From: Amoebidium appalachense
Taxonomy: Eukaryota; Protista; Ichthyosporea
Length of the DNA: 64,000 nt
Direction: 5' to 3'
Assembly (NCBI GenBank): GCA_963693365.1
Contig: CAVNZM010000008.1
Span: 6,520,830-6,584,829, forward strand
Shown here: piece by piece, positions 1-13,622 of the stretch
How the letters are laid out: the number at the start of each line of letters is the position of its first letter
How positions within the stretch are numbered: the first letter of the stretch is position 1
The notes under the pieces: model-generated
What the model saw: only the letters and a program-made list of their open reading frames with translations
Told to the model about the DNA's origin: nothing
The model's database searches: none
Program-made: the position numbers and the translations under genes

Positions 1-881
1 GCTTAACATGATAGTAAGATCAGGTTTAATAGCACGATCACTTTCCTTTTGTGGGTAGGAGGGAACAAGGATTTTAAGAAACCCAGCAGGGAGTCCATCA
101 GGTCCACAAGACTTACTAGAGCTATAACTAGATATCACAGACCATATGGCATCGGGACTGAAAAAGGGGAGGATCGATTCTATGGGGATAGATGGGTCTA
201 CAGGCCACACATGTACACAGTGTTGCCAGCACACATGTGCACGGACACATGAATACAAACACGCTGTGTGCATGCCACGGAGTAATAAGTGGGTTTGTGT
301 CTCTAAGTACATTCGCGCACGCGTGTGTGTGTGTGCGTGCGCGCGTATGTGTACGCGCGAGCGTCCGCACCCATGTGTGTCGCTTCGCGCGCACAAAGCC
401 ACCTCATGCATTGCACGTTCCATTGCAAGATTATATGTGCAAAATGCAGACACACTGGGAATTTTCGTGCACGTGTCTGTGCGCACATATTGAACGTTCC
501 AGCAACCGTTTCCCAAATCCGACCGGCTGACTCCCCGGCTGACCTGACAGCCACTACACCTGTACGTGTGCATCCATATGCATTGCATGATAAGTTCTAC
601 CTGAGCCCAAACTGTTTACGTTGCTAGTCCTTCGCCCCGTTATTCGCGGTAGGTACCTACCCCCCAAGCTTACTACAGCTAATAGGCTATTAGCAGGATT
701 TAAAATTTAGAGATCGAAACATTTACACGCGCACATGTGTACACCAACCCCATATGCATGCATGGCAAGCCTGAGGGCACATGGTCTCCGCTTTAAATAG
801 TCCCACTCTGGCTGCAACACCGTTGAAATCAATGACATTTGAGTGACCCCTAATCTTGTTTTGTTATAAATTTGTTGTGCC

Positions 882-918
<37 letters not shown>

Positions 919-953
919 ATGGTGTGGACGGGTGGACGTATGATACTACTTTC

Positions 954-1004
<51 letters not shown>

Positions 1005-1006
1005 AC

Positions 1007-1065
<59 letters not shown>

Positions 1066-1637
1066 CGCGTGCGTGCGTGCGTGTGTGTTCATGTGTGTGG
1101 AAATTAAAATGGCACGGTGGTGGTGGACGTGTTAAAGTGGGTACCCCCGGTGGGTGGTGGGTGCGCCGGGGGGGGGGGGGGGGGGGGGGGGGAGAGGAGG
1201 AGGGGGGGGGCGGGGGGAGGGGGGGGATTGACAATGTAAGTACTATGCTCAAAGACTGAGTGAGTCTCACACCTTTTATTACATGTTTGCATGAATAGTA
1301 CGTTCAAAAAGCCTAACCTGTAAGTACTACATGCCAGTACCAGCGATGTATTACATGCCCTATATATAGGTAACTTACCCTAGTTTGTACAGGCAAGGGC
1401 CCAAACTTAGCCTTATTTACATTGATGGTTGATTAAGGTATATACGCTGCCAACCGATAATTACAACACGTAAAATGCAACTTCGAGATCTAGAGTCCTT
1501 CTAAAGCACCTTTTACTTGGCCCGGGCTCGGTATCTTTTGTCAAGCTCATTACAGTAATACTAGTATCAAACCTCGAGCTCGCTCACACTTTACAACCCT
1601 ATCTCAGGTCCCAGCCAACGTATAAAGCTTAACCCCT

Positions 1638-2679
1638 TCAAGCCACCATATAGACCTCGGGAGGGTTATCATCCACCGTATAAACCACCTGCGGCTGTCC
1701 GTCCAATCCGGCAGCGTGAACCCGCCCCTTTGAAATTCCGCTTTGCACCCCCTCCGCCCTCACGACATCAGCAGCCGAATCCGGTGTTGCGGTTGGCTTA
1801 GAGTCAGCGTATCGCCTTAGCCGCCTGGTGGCGGTGCAAGAAGTGACTTTCACCGTGGTAGTGCGTGTAGTCCGAGCAATGGTTGTGCGTGAAGTGAATG
1901 TGGAGGTGAGAGTGACGGCGGGACGGGTAGTGGTTAAAGTAACAAAAACCGTCTGCGCTTTAGGGGTCAAAGTGGTGGTTATAGTTTTTGTCTGTGCGGG
2001 GGGACATACGGTGGGTGTGGTGGTTGTGACGGTTACTGTTTGCGTGGCGGTGGCTGGGGTGCAGTCGGTAGCTGGGGCCGTGGTGGTTTCTGTCGTGGTG
2101 GTGGGTGGTTGGGTGGTGCTTTTGGTGGTGGTGGTAGTGGCAGTTGAAGTGGCACCTGCTGTTAATTATTCGGTTGGTAAATATTCTTCTGAGTGGATCA
2201 GAAAACATGCGAAAATCTGAAGGGTCTCGGGGAGTTTCTGAACTGGTGGGCTCAGTGTTTTGCATGCAGGGAAAGTAGGCATGATCACCCGCGCACCGCA
2301 TTTAAACAGCAGGCGAGGGCGCATACACCTTTCCGCCCATTTCCACACTACAACACCTACCCAACTACTTACCGTACGACACGCGCACGGGCACAAACGC
2401 GCACAATGTCATGCAAGCACAGCTAGCGCTATGTCATCTCGAAGCACCTAAATTTAACTATGAACGCTAAACAATAGTGCAACGGAGATGCATGGCAGGC
2501 CTGAACACAAAACACGGAGGGAGAAAAAGAAACGGAAATCACCCCGTGAAGATGGAGCAGGGATAAAAAGAAGAAACAGACGAAAATTTCTTCTCTTCTA
2601 TTCATTTTGTTTTTGTAGGAGAATGGGGGTGGTGAAGCATACTTAGAGTGCTGGAAGGTTGGGGGCGGGGGCGGGGGTG

Positions 2680-2724
<45 letters not shown>

Positions 2725-3735
2725 GGGGGGGGGATGGGGAGGGAAGGGGACTGCATGTCTTTGTGTGGGTTAGGGCTGGGAGGCCCTCCAAAGGTGAAAG
2801 GGTGGGTAGGTGGGGGAAGGGGGGGGGGGGGAGGAGGAGGGGGGGGGGGGGAAGGGAGGAAGAGGGGGGAGGGGGGGGGGGGGAGACGGAGGGGGGATTC
2901 ATCGTGACAAACCGGGCATTAATCGTTCCCATATGCTGTGGGTTTACCTACCAGGCTTGGCGCAAAGTCCATTGTCGCACACCGTGAACCCCGTGGGGCA
3001 TTTCGAGCAGGGGGTTCCATATTCCACATAGGGCTGTCCGTTGTAGTTACCCCCGGGAGCGTAATTGCACACCGTGCCAAATGTTGCTGTGTACCAGCAG
3101 CCCACCTTATAGGACCCCGCCCAGAGCACCTGCGTGAAGTGGCCCGTCGTGCCACCCGTGCAGCGAGAAAAATCCGTGGCACCTGTTGAACCCCCGCAAC
3201 GAAATTTCAAATGCAAATATGGAGATACGGAGAAACGGAAGAGTGAAGGCGGTGACTAGAAAAATAGGAACGGAGAGGGAGAGAGTGGGCTCCCCGCGGC
3301 GTGAAGGGAAGAAGGGGGGGAAGGGGAAAGGGGAGGGGCCCGAGGGAAGGGGGGGGGGGGGGGGGGGGGAGGGCTTGATTACCCTTTGGCTTTTCTGTTT
3401 CCACCCCCCCCCCCCCCCCCCCCCCCCCATTTCTTCCTTCCTTTCTTTTACTTTCTTTCCAAAGGCTTGCTTATTCTTCTCCTGCTCCTTTTAGCGCGCG
3501 CATGCACGCTTGTGTGTGTTTTGCGTGTGTGTGTGCAACAGGAGAAGGGGGCCGGGGGAGGGGGAGGAGGGGGCGGGGGGAGGGGAGAGGGGGGAGGGGG
3601 GAGGGGGGGTTAGACTTAATGGAAATTTTGACTAAGAAAATACGTACCGAAAACATTGTTAACAAAGCACTGATATGGCCCTGAAATTACGAAATTATGA
3701 TGGTGGTGTGGCTCTCGCGCGTGTGTGGGCACGGT

Positions 3736-3785
<50 letters not shown>

Positions 3786-5006
3786 AAAAAAAAACTTTCT
3801 TTCTTCTTCTTTCTTTCTTTCTTTCTTTCTTTCGGTTCTTTCTTCTGTTCTTTTCTTTTATTTTTAAATTTTTTTTTTCCCCCTTTTTTTTTTGTTTGGG
3901 GGAGGGGGGAGGGGGGAGGGGGGGGGGGCGGAGGAGGGGGAGAGGGAAAGGGGAGGGGGGGGGGGGGGGGGGGGGGGGCAATTTTACCTGTAGGGGGATT
4001 TGCATTCACGTTTGCATCGTTTGTGTCGTAGCGGTAGTTCTGCCTCTCACTGCAGCCATTGAATCCCCATGAAGTCTATTGGTTGGGGGGGAAAAAAAAA
4101 GTAAATGGTTAGTATAAAGCCAGGCATATGTAAGTTACCTAAGGTTTAGCACGCACATTCACTAATAACCGAGTCACAGAAGCCAGGGTATAGCACGGTG
4201 TCCATACTCAAATCATCACCTAACATTTGAAGTTTTCCAAAACTTATGCAGACGGGCGCCGATGACCCACTCCGGTCTGCATGCAGAGTGTTAACGGATT
4301 CATACCACGGCTGCTCATAGCCCTGATCGAATCTAATATGATTGCTATTCTTGTTTTTATAGGTTCCTTTGCGGAAACACTGGTTTGGACAAGTCGCTTC
4401 AGTCTATTATTAGTTAGGCCACTGAGTTATTGCCGGGGGTATGCGAGCATGATACTCCTAATCATGAAGCAGTAGTGGTTTGCATAGCCACTCGGAAAGT
4501 ACAACTGGAATACCGGTGTATGCACGAACCACATTCGACTTTACATATATACACATATCCTACTTAGAGTTTTACACATGTCCGACTAGTAGGCTGAATG
4601 GCTCGGTGAATTGCCACTCACCGGCCACTCAAAATCCACCCAGTAGTAAGACGCGTCCTCCACCTGCCCACTGAACCAATTCTCCCCCACGTACCCTGAC
4701 CCCCCACATGCCGCATAGTCTGTCACCCGGTTTGCGTTGTGGCCGGTGAAGGTGCCGGAACTCTCTGCACACATAATGGAGTTAGATCACAGAAACCGCG
4801 CATGGGCGACCTGATTGTTCATACGGTCATACGGCCGGCAGTTGGAAATTTTTGAAAAATTACATTTTAAATTACTTTTGGAGCGCTTTTGCAGCACGAC
4901 GTTCCCGCACACACGCACGCACGCGCGCGCGCGCACACACACACACACACACATCGCGCGCGCACACACAATGACACACAGACACGCGCGCAGACACACA
5001 CACACC

Positions 5007-5061
<55 letters not shown>

Positions 5062-5080
5062 TGACACACACGCACACTGT

Positions 5081-5173
<93 letters not shown>

Positions 5174-5561
5174 CTACCCACCGGTACCCACACCACCCAC
5201 ACCCCCACCCACCCACATACGCCATGCCATTACATACATACAAAAACTAAACGCCATGCGCACATCATATTTTTTTGGCAACGGTGACTAGTACTGCACT
5301 CGGCACACACGTGCACTGCAGCACACGTGCACGCATACAGTATGCACAATACCTACCGGCAAACTTCTTTGCCACACACTCCAGCTTCATGTCGTATTCC
5401 ATCTTGATCATGGCCGTGGCACTGACGGTCCTACGCAGGCGGTTGTGTTCGTTCACCACCAACTGCCTCCGTACGTCTGTCATGCCATCCTGTGCATGTG
5501 CTGTGTCGAGGGTCGCTGCAGCGGCAAGGAGGAGGAGAAAACGAAGACCCGAGGGCTTCAT
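1638..5561 (-). CDS. Secreted CAP-superfamily (SCP/PR-1/CRISP-like) protein with Cys-rich hinge and Thr-rich mucin-like tail, about 394 aa, 5 exons
   Basis: Exons 5357-5561, 4622-4764, 3988-4075, 2952-3182 and 1638-2155 join at GT-AG junctions in one frame (1185 nt). Signal-peptide-like N-terminus [19 protein letters not shown] motifs [27 protein letters not shown] and [10 protein letters not shown]. Hinge GTPCSKCP...CDNGLC, then a long T-rich segment. Confidence 0.9.
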
Positions 5562-6585
5562 TTTGGCGGAGGGAAAAAGTCTCAAGCTGAGACGTAACTG
5601 TGTTTTACGTGGTGTACAACAGGCAGTTCTCGCGTGTGGTAGTGAATTCGAATGCACCCGTTGATGGGGTCGAAGTGTTTGCACAGTGTTGAAAACAGCG
5701 AGGTGTTGATGACGGTATCCGGATCCGATATTGATCTTAAATATATACGTCGTACGTTTGGTTATACGGAGGAGCACTATATTAGCTGTGTGTTCGAAGG
5801 CGATGAAATTTGAGTTTTTTCACACGCCCTTCTGACTTATTAGGAGTTGTTATTATATAGAACAGAACGAACAAGTTTTTAGTCTCAGCTCCTGGCATAA
5901 GTAGCAGAAGTTTCTTCCACTTGATTGGCTCAGAGGATGGCATTCCAGATCCAGAAATTACAGGGTGCAAATTCTTTATGGTTTATCGGTCTCTAATTTC
6001 TAATTACCCGGGTATTTCCGGGCTATAAGGAACATAGGATATACTCGGACTCAACAGAAGCTTTCTGATATCATTTATAGTGTATGAAAGCTTTGTTTGG
6101 GTATAAAACCGTGCATCTCAAGCAGCATTGAGTCAAGCTACAATCTTCTAAAGAATCTTAAATACCAAAAGCTTGACCGTGTGCATGCCGGCTGACTAAT
6201 ATAATAGGTGACACCTACTGGCACAAGTCCATAAATCGTTCCGAAGCCCGTATTTTATTCCTTTATCCAACCCTTAATCCTAGATCTGTTTTAGACGTTT
6301 TGGTTGGTGCAGTTGGCAGCCATCTCTGACGATCTGCCGTGGAATCTGCGGAATGCAGCTTGAACGTCACACGGCGTTGGATCCGGACGTGCATGCATCA
6401 TCAAACACGTGCGTACAATGCATACTCAGACGGCGGCCTGCGGCCATGCACGGTGCCAGCTGCTAGCGCTATCTTCAAGGCTGGCGGCTGTAGGTGGCGG
6501 CGTTTGATGCGCACGATTTGTTTATCATATACCATTCAGGTTCGAATCGGGCGATGAACGACGTCGACGTTTTCAAAATTCCAAT

Positions 6586-7987
6586 TGGAAAACGCAGTAG
6601 GCCGTCGAATGTGGCTGGGCCTCCGGCAGTGTCCACGCAATAAAAAGTGTGTAAACCCCTTACAGTATGATATTGTGATCCGGTGCCTTAACTTTCTTTC
6701 GGAGCTACCGATGCTAGCCTCTGCTTACCCATAATATGTAATAGGGGTGTCATATACTACGATGGCGCTCATTGTTGCCTAGCATGTACATGTATGTCAC
6801 TGGCTGCATTTGATTGGCTGCGCTGGAAAACGCAGTAGGCCGTCGAATGTGGCTGGGCCTCCGGCACTAGTGTCCACGCAATAAAACGTGTGTAAACCCC
6901 AACCCCTTCATAGAAAGGCGGAGTCCAAAATGGGGGGTTTATGCACTTTGTATTGCTGCGGACATCGTCAGGGGCCCAGCCTCACTTGAGGGCCTACTGC
7001 GTTTTCCAGCGCAGCCAATCAAATGCAGCTAGTGACTTATGTACACTGTATGCAATAAAAAAACCCTAGTATGTATAGATTATGGATAAGCAGAAGCTAG
7101 CATTGGTAGCTCCGAAAATTTGTTGACCAAGTGCACGTGTCGTCCGACGACCATGCGGTACTGGCGGCATATTGAAATAGCGTGATCTGATTGGTGAAAC
7201 CGTATACTGTATGATACTACACCGTATGATACTACATATGAAGTAACTACAGATCTCTTTTAAAAATGGAGTAAAAAGTTTTAATGACGTTACTCTAAAT
7301 GAATCGTGCTAATTATTTCGTTGACATCATTCGAACTATGAATCTCATTGAAAGGCGTAATCGAAAAATTTCGATTAGTTCAAAGTTCCGAAATGAGTGA
7401 ATAAGCATTCACCTCTGTAATCGGCCTCTTGTTGGCCCAAGGCAAGATCTTGCGCTGGAATATGTTTGTCATTCAATTGCAATCAGAGTGCAGTCAGATC
7501 GCAAATCAATTAAAGGGTTTACACACTTTTTATTGCGTGGACACTGCCGGAGGCCCAGCCACATTCGACGGCCTACTGCGTTTTCCAGCACAGCCAATCA
7601 ATTAACTTGCAGTTACGCTGATTCGGAGTGTAGTATCCCGTCCGAAAGTGGGTCGGATCGGGTTACGGATCGTACCGAATCGCACCTGTCGATTCGGGTA
7701 CTTCATTGAATCCGATTTCTGAATCCGCATCATCCCAAAGTGTTATGGTAGGGTTTACACACTTTTTATTGCGTGGACACTGCCGGAGGCCCAGCCACAT
7801 TCGACGGCCTACTGCGTTTTCCAGCACAGCCAATCAAATGCAGCCAATGACATATGTACATGCTAGGCAACAATGAGCGCCATCGTAGTATCTGACACCC
7901 CTATGTAGTACATATTATGGGTAAGCAGAGGCTAGCATCGGTAGCTCCGAAAGAAAGTTAAGGCACCGGATCACAATATCATACTGT
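6586..7987. mobile_element. Non-autonomous foldback/TIR (MITE-like) repeat complex with ~235-bp terminal inverted repeats
   Basis: 6662-6900 is the near-perfect reverse complement of 7751-7987 (ends ACAGTATGA...TCATACTGT). A ~72-bp core (GGAAAACGCAGTAGGCCGTCGAATGTGGCTGGGCC...GTAAACCC) occurs 5 times: 6586-6659 (+), ~6825-6900 (+), ~6934-7020 (-, degenerate), 7515-7601 (-) and 7751-7825 (-). No transposase ORF. Confidence 0.75.
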
Positions 7988-7989
7988 GC

Positions 7990-8334
7990 AGCATTAATAA
8001 GGTGATCTAGGATAGTCATCTTAAAACGGATATATTGAGGAAGAGAGGAACATAAGAGAATAAAACCGCCAATAACCTCCGGTTCTAATACATTAGCTAA
8101 CAGGTTGCATTTATTGATAGATATGCAGCCGCGAGTAAACCGCCCCCCACACATATTACACATACGAGCAGGAGACACCAGAAACCGATTACACCGCCAA
8201 GCCATAATCATCTTTGTTACGAATAAACGAATCTATGTATGAACGAGACTCTCTAACCGTATCCGCCATATAGGCTACTAGTAGTTGGTGTTTTTGCGGT
8301 CCTAACACCGGAAGGGACTCAACACGTAGAGTAA
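7990..8334 (-). mobile_element. 3' fragment of a non-LTR retrotransposon (C-terminal Cys-rich region of ORF2)
   Basis: The reverse complement of 8221-8334 aligns with 12804-12918 of the adjacent LINE (about 13 mismatches by eye). It continues into WRCNRF...CNMCGGRFTRG...C...TILDHLIN, homologous to WRCNLCF...CHFCAEPFSRKH...TSIDYLLN at 37708-38058. Confidence 0.75.
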
Positions 8335-8379
8335 ACTAGTGAAGTCCAAGATCTCAGCTCAGAGGAGTGCAATTGCAGT

Positions 8380-8660
8380 TAGTTGGAGCGCAACAATTGG
8401 CTCAATCATTAGCATTCCAACCAATCACAAATGTAAAATTAACACATTGATGAGCCAGATCTGAACATCAGAATTAAACCAATCATCAAGCGTCATCGCT
8501 CTTTTGCCCTAGTTCAAAAAAGGCACGTAGATTGGTTAGAATTATAGGAAGTCTAATTCAATTGGTGCGGTGCATCGACGAAAAGTCTGACGTCACATTC
8601 CATTCCAAAAAATAAGCGATTTGATTGGTGCGGGGGCTCGACGAAAAGTTAATGGCGAGT
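8380..8660. promoter_or_regulatory. CCAAT-box-rich segment with a CRE palindrome, just upstream of LINE ORF1 (putative internal promoter/5' UTR)
   Basis: At least six CCAAT/ATTGG motifs in ~250 bp, TGACGTCA at ~8589, and a direct repeat ATTGGTGCGG...TCGACGAAAAGT at ~8561 and ~8623. Confidence 0.35.
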
Positions 8661-8727
8661 CACGGCTAGTATAGACTAGTGCTGCCATGTGCCATTGCGG
8701 ACCGATCGGCCTAGATCAAGGACCACT

Positions 8728-11700
8728 ATGATTGCAGCACCACAATCATTAGCACCATCCACCTCTACTTAGGCCCCTGAGGGGCAGCTAGAACCCATCC
8801 ATGGCTTCTCAGGACGTATCCATATTCCCGGACCCTCCTGAAACACCGCCTGGGAGCCACAAACATGATACACGGGAAGGAGAATCCCCAGATAAGCGTT
8901 AACGAAACAGAGCCGGGCGGAACAGGTTCCCTTTCCCGAGGTTAAAGCGCCACTGGCACCAGCCGCGCCGCCAGCCAGTAGTTTTATTACGAAAAAACAA
9001 CTGCAGTTGATACCCGAGAAGGCTAGGAAATCTGTGCTCAAACTTTTGGTGCATCATGAGCATCTCCGCACCCAAGTCACCGACTTAACAACCCAAGTAG
9101 CCGAGTATAAAGCCAAACAGGACCAAACAGACCTCGTTGTTCAGCAAATGGAGACGCGCTTACAGCAGCTGGAAGCTGACCGGGCACCCCCCACTGGCCC
9201 TGCCCATGCGGGCCCAGCCTCTGCAGCAAAGGCAGCCCCCGATGGGTTACCCACTCCCCCCGGATCTCCTAAGTTCATACCGGGTCCCACGACGAACTCT
9301 AAGGTGTACCGCACTACCGTGGACGCCAAGACCGTGTACGTGTCCGAGAAAGTCAAAACGTATGCAGAGTCGGTGGCCCAGACCCACGGGGCTACCCAGG
9401 CTATGGCAGCCCTTGCCGCAGCATCGGCCCTGCACCCAACCCGCCGCCCTCGGGTGGCATCTGACCCTGCACCTGAGGGTACCAACGAGTCCGAGCTGAC
9501 CACCGCAGCCTTCACCATGGTGCCGGCCAACATCAGCACCATGCGTGACCGTCTCTACACCCTCGGTGTCCTCAACCGAATGATTCCCGACGTGCTCTTC
9601 ATTGGCCGTCGCTACACAGTGTTCATCGACGTGCGTGCCGGCTACCGTGATACCCTCGTAAGCATCATCCAACGTGCTACCGACGCCACCTTTCTCGCAG
9701 GCGTCGACCTACAACACCACACTTAACCATGCTGAAGCAGGAGGCTGCTGCCCGGGCCTCTTCAAAGTTGGCAACGCCTGGTGCTTGCGCGGGTGGCCGA
9801 CGCCCACGCCTGGGCTGCCAAGGCAGCCAGACTTTACCCGGCACACGACAGCCGGGTCAAAACAGCAGCTGAGGTGCGTGCGTACTGCCAGGGGAGGCTC
9901 AGCACGTCCAGGTCTTCAGCAAGCCCTACGAACCCAAGGCCGCCCCAGCCAACTCCCAGTAAGCATCATGCTCTCCTTTCTCTTCTGGAATTCTCGTAGT
10001 AGTCCAAATAAGGGGGTAAAGCACAGTTTCTTCTTTCGTTATCCCAACAGGAGTTCCCGTTTATTGTTGTCGCAGAAACGTGGTGGCGAGACCACGCGAC
10101 ACTCCGTCGGTCTGGACGGTTCATGGGCGATGAGGTCTACTCAGCCCCAGTGGGCTACAAGCATCACTTCGGCGTAGTGTTCATCGCCGCCTCCCACTTT
10201 GTTAACCACTGTTCACTAGTAATAGCCCGCACCATACACACACTCACTAATATAGTTTGTGGCCGTATGTGCACGTTTGTTTATTTTCCACCTAGCCTTC
10301 CACTGCTAGCACTAATACACGAACTTAACGCCATTGCCCTACATAACCCCACACTAGTGTTAGGAGACTTTAATAGCCCGTTAGTTACCACACCCCACCC
10401 CATACACGGCCACCCACAGGCCCTACTTGAACCCAACCACCCACGCACACCAACGTTTCACACTTTTGTTACAGCGTTACGCCTTACTCTTCCAGCTGTA
10501 GTACAAGAACACCGCACGGACTGGGGGGCAGCCTCTGGTCCTTGCACTTTACACATACACCACAACCTGTGGCACCCCCCACCGTCAGACCACCTACCTA
10601 TAGTTTTCCGCACTACACTTAGCCTTTCTACGCCGTCACCACAACACACAGACTTAACGTACGCAAACTTCAAAGCGAGCGCGGCCAAGCAGACACGCGC
10701 TTCTTTTTCCAGACGGTGCAACCGAGTCTATTGTCGCTTGTGCGTGATGGACGCCAAGCCCCGCTACGAAGCGACCATACCTTCATCGATAGAGTATGAT
10801 CTACAGTACGCGAAACCTTGTGGGACGTCAGTGAATATGCCTGTTTAGGTGCCCAAGTTTCCCCACAAGCACGAACTGCACACACTCGCGGCCCTCGAGC
10901 GGAGGCTGCCTTACGTAAGCCTCTACCGTATCACATGCTAATGGGTAATATTCGGAAGATTGATCGCGGCGCGGCGATCATTCGATTCGAATAACGGCCG
11001 ACCCGTCATCCGACCCGGACACTGCAACCGATTCCTTTTACGGCACCCTGTTTAAACGTAACCCGACCTGTACGGCCACGGATCTGCCAGGGCAGGCACC
11101 CCCTCCTGTTTTTGTTCCACCCACCGACACACCACCACCCCCACACACGGCGTGGCCAGTGGGGCCGGCTGAGAAAGTTTGGGCCGGGGCTGAACTGGGG
11201 GCATACTTTACCCCAGACTTGTGGTATGGCAGTTAGTCTCCCGTTACTCGTCCCGCAAAGCGTGTGGGCCGGACGGCATCCCTATGGCACTACTTAAGGT
11301 ACTCATCCCACCCCGACCCGAGAAAGACGAAAAGCGTGGCCCGCCGCCACTGGGCACCACTTACATGTATTCTTAGCGAATTGTTTAGCTGGTATTCTGA
11401 TGTCGGTAAATTGCCCTCGGCTCGGAGTGGCTAGACACCATAGTGTTTCCCCTCAAGAATACGGTTGCACGGGGCCCCATTCACGAATTTTGCCCTATCA
11501 CCCTTACGTCCGTTTTTCGCCGATTATTCGAAAGTGGCCTTTAACAGGCCTTTTCCCGTAACCCCACCCTTAAGCAGGCTTCCCAGCTGAGCCCTCTTCA
11601 GGCGGCGTTTCGGCATCGACACTCATGTTACGCTCAAATCCTCACCCTACATAATGCAACTCAAAGTGATACCGAGCACCTCGTATTTATCGATTTTAAG

Positions 11701-12918
11701 AACGCGTACGACTCGGACACGGTCGACCTCCCTCGCCTGTGGGCCAAGTTGGCCACTCGCGGTGTCCCATTCCAAATGGGGAGTCGGCTACTGGAAGCTA
11801 TGTTTACGTTTACACGCGGACGGGTGGTGGTTATTGGGCGGCTATCCCCAGGGTTTACCCGCATACGCGGGGTACTTCAAGGGTCCCTGCTAAGCCCACT
11901 TCTTTTCAACCTGTATATTGATGATTTAGCCGACGCTCTTTCTGCGGCACAAATTGACGGGGGGTTGCCATCCCAGGCTCCCCCCGCCCTCTTTTTTGCC
12001 GACGATATTGTGCTTATGTCATCCGATCCTATCGAACTACGGCAATATTTTTGTGTGGTTGAACATTGGTGCCAGCGCAACGATATGAAGGTTAACGTCA
12101 AAAAGTGTGCCTTTTTATCAAAATCGATACCGGCATGGGACGACGTTTTTATATTCGGCAGTCCCCTCCGAGTCCCTCGCCCGATCGAAAATAAGTATTT
12201 GGGGGTTCCGGTGGGTGAGTGGGGCATATGTTCAAACGGATGGTCGACCGTCGGGTGGAGAGTGCAGGCAGGTGTCTTCGTTTATTTAGGGATGTGTATC
12301 TTGCTATTAATCTTTCTACTACTGTACACTTACACAACCGTCATAGTATATTTTGCACCTTTATTCGCCCTTTGTCTGAGTACGGGTTGCCTTTATTAGC
12401 TATGGCACCCCCTGATACCGTTGGAAATGTTCTCCAATGACTAGATGACTTCCACTACACAACTTGTTGTACGTTTCTTACTGGCCTTTCCACGCCTATT
12501 TCTAGACGCCTTTTCGATTCTTTATTACGCACTCACACCACCATCACAACGCACACACGAATTAGCCCTAAGGCTTAAATTTCACGAGCAAATCACCCGC
12601 CTATCCGCCATTGCCCCGACCCATCCACTCCTCCGGCTACACGCATCCCCGCCGGACTCGCCCCTCTACCTCTTCCCTTCCACATCGTCTCTGCCCATTG
12701 TCGAGCGATATGCGGAGTGGCTGGCAACTCCACCGGAGGTACGGCTGGACCATAGTGTGACTAATAGTTTTAAGTCTATGGCTGATAGATACCGTAGGGC
12801 CTTTTTACTTTACGTGTCGAGTCCCTCCCAGTGTTAGGTCAGCAAAAACACCAACTACTAGTAGCCTATATGGCGGATACGGTTAGACAATCTCGCTCCT
12901 ATATAGATTCGTTTAATC
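8728..12918 (+). mobile_element. Decayed non-LTR retrotransposon (LINE): ORF1 (coiled coil) plus ORF2 (APE endonuclease + reverse transcriptase), 3'-truncated
   Basis: ORF1 frame runs from ATG 8728 through 9007-9726 and 9781-9999 with in-frame stops. ORF2 starts MLSFLFWNSR (~9968) and has the APE motifs LGDFNS and SDHLPI. RT motifs IDFKNAYDS, RGVLQGSLLSPLLFNLYIDDL, LFFADDIVL and KYLGV. Multiple stops and frameshifts. Confidence 0.92.
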
Positions 12919-13622
12919 ATGATGTTGTGTCGTGTTTTTTTAGACACAATGTAACACACAGAAATGGGGTCGCAAATTTCACACTATCAAGTCTAAGTTT
13001 TTGGAGACTCATATATACCTCGGTGTACATGTACGCCTATCATGATTCAAACATAGGTTGTTATAATCATCAACGCGTGTATGAAAAATGCCGTACATGT
13101 GTACTACAGAGGGGGGAAATTATACTAATATTTTTCTTTCACACATGTATAAAGAAAAACCAATATATGCGCAGTATGATATGGGCTCTTCGCGATCGCA
13201 TTCGGCTGAGTTCGTAATCAGCTTTCCACAATGATCAATGACATGATACAAGGAAAAAAATGCCGGAATTGAATGCCGCCGGACGAAAGGTAACTATTGT
13301 ATAAATATATATTATACATATATATTGGCAGAGTGAGCATTGTATAATTATTTCACCATCATATGCAAAAGAATCCACATTATCTAGAATGAATTTATGT
13401 TTGTGCTATACTATCTATGTTCACTCCGAATACTATAGTGCTTCAAGAGTGTTTTTTTAGTGCGCGTATCAATGAAGATATGCAGCCAAAATATCCTTGC
13501 CCAACACAATTTTGAAATTCCACAGGGTTTTTCGCATTTTCCCCACTATGCAACTGAGCAGCTGCCGCAGCGTCTAGAGGTAGCCCAGCTAGGCCGGGCG
13601 CGGAGCCACGCGCTGGGCCAAG

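Noticed and set aside
6586-7987. CRISPR-like array
   Set aside because: Repeats are ~72 bp, occur in both orientations with irregular spacing, lie in eukaryotic DNA and have no cas genes; an inverted-repeat transposon fits better.
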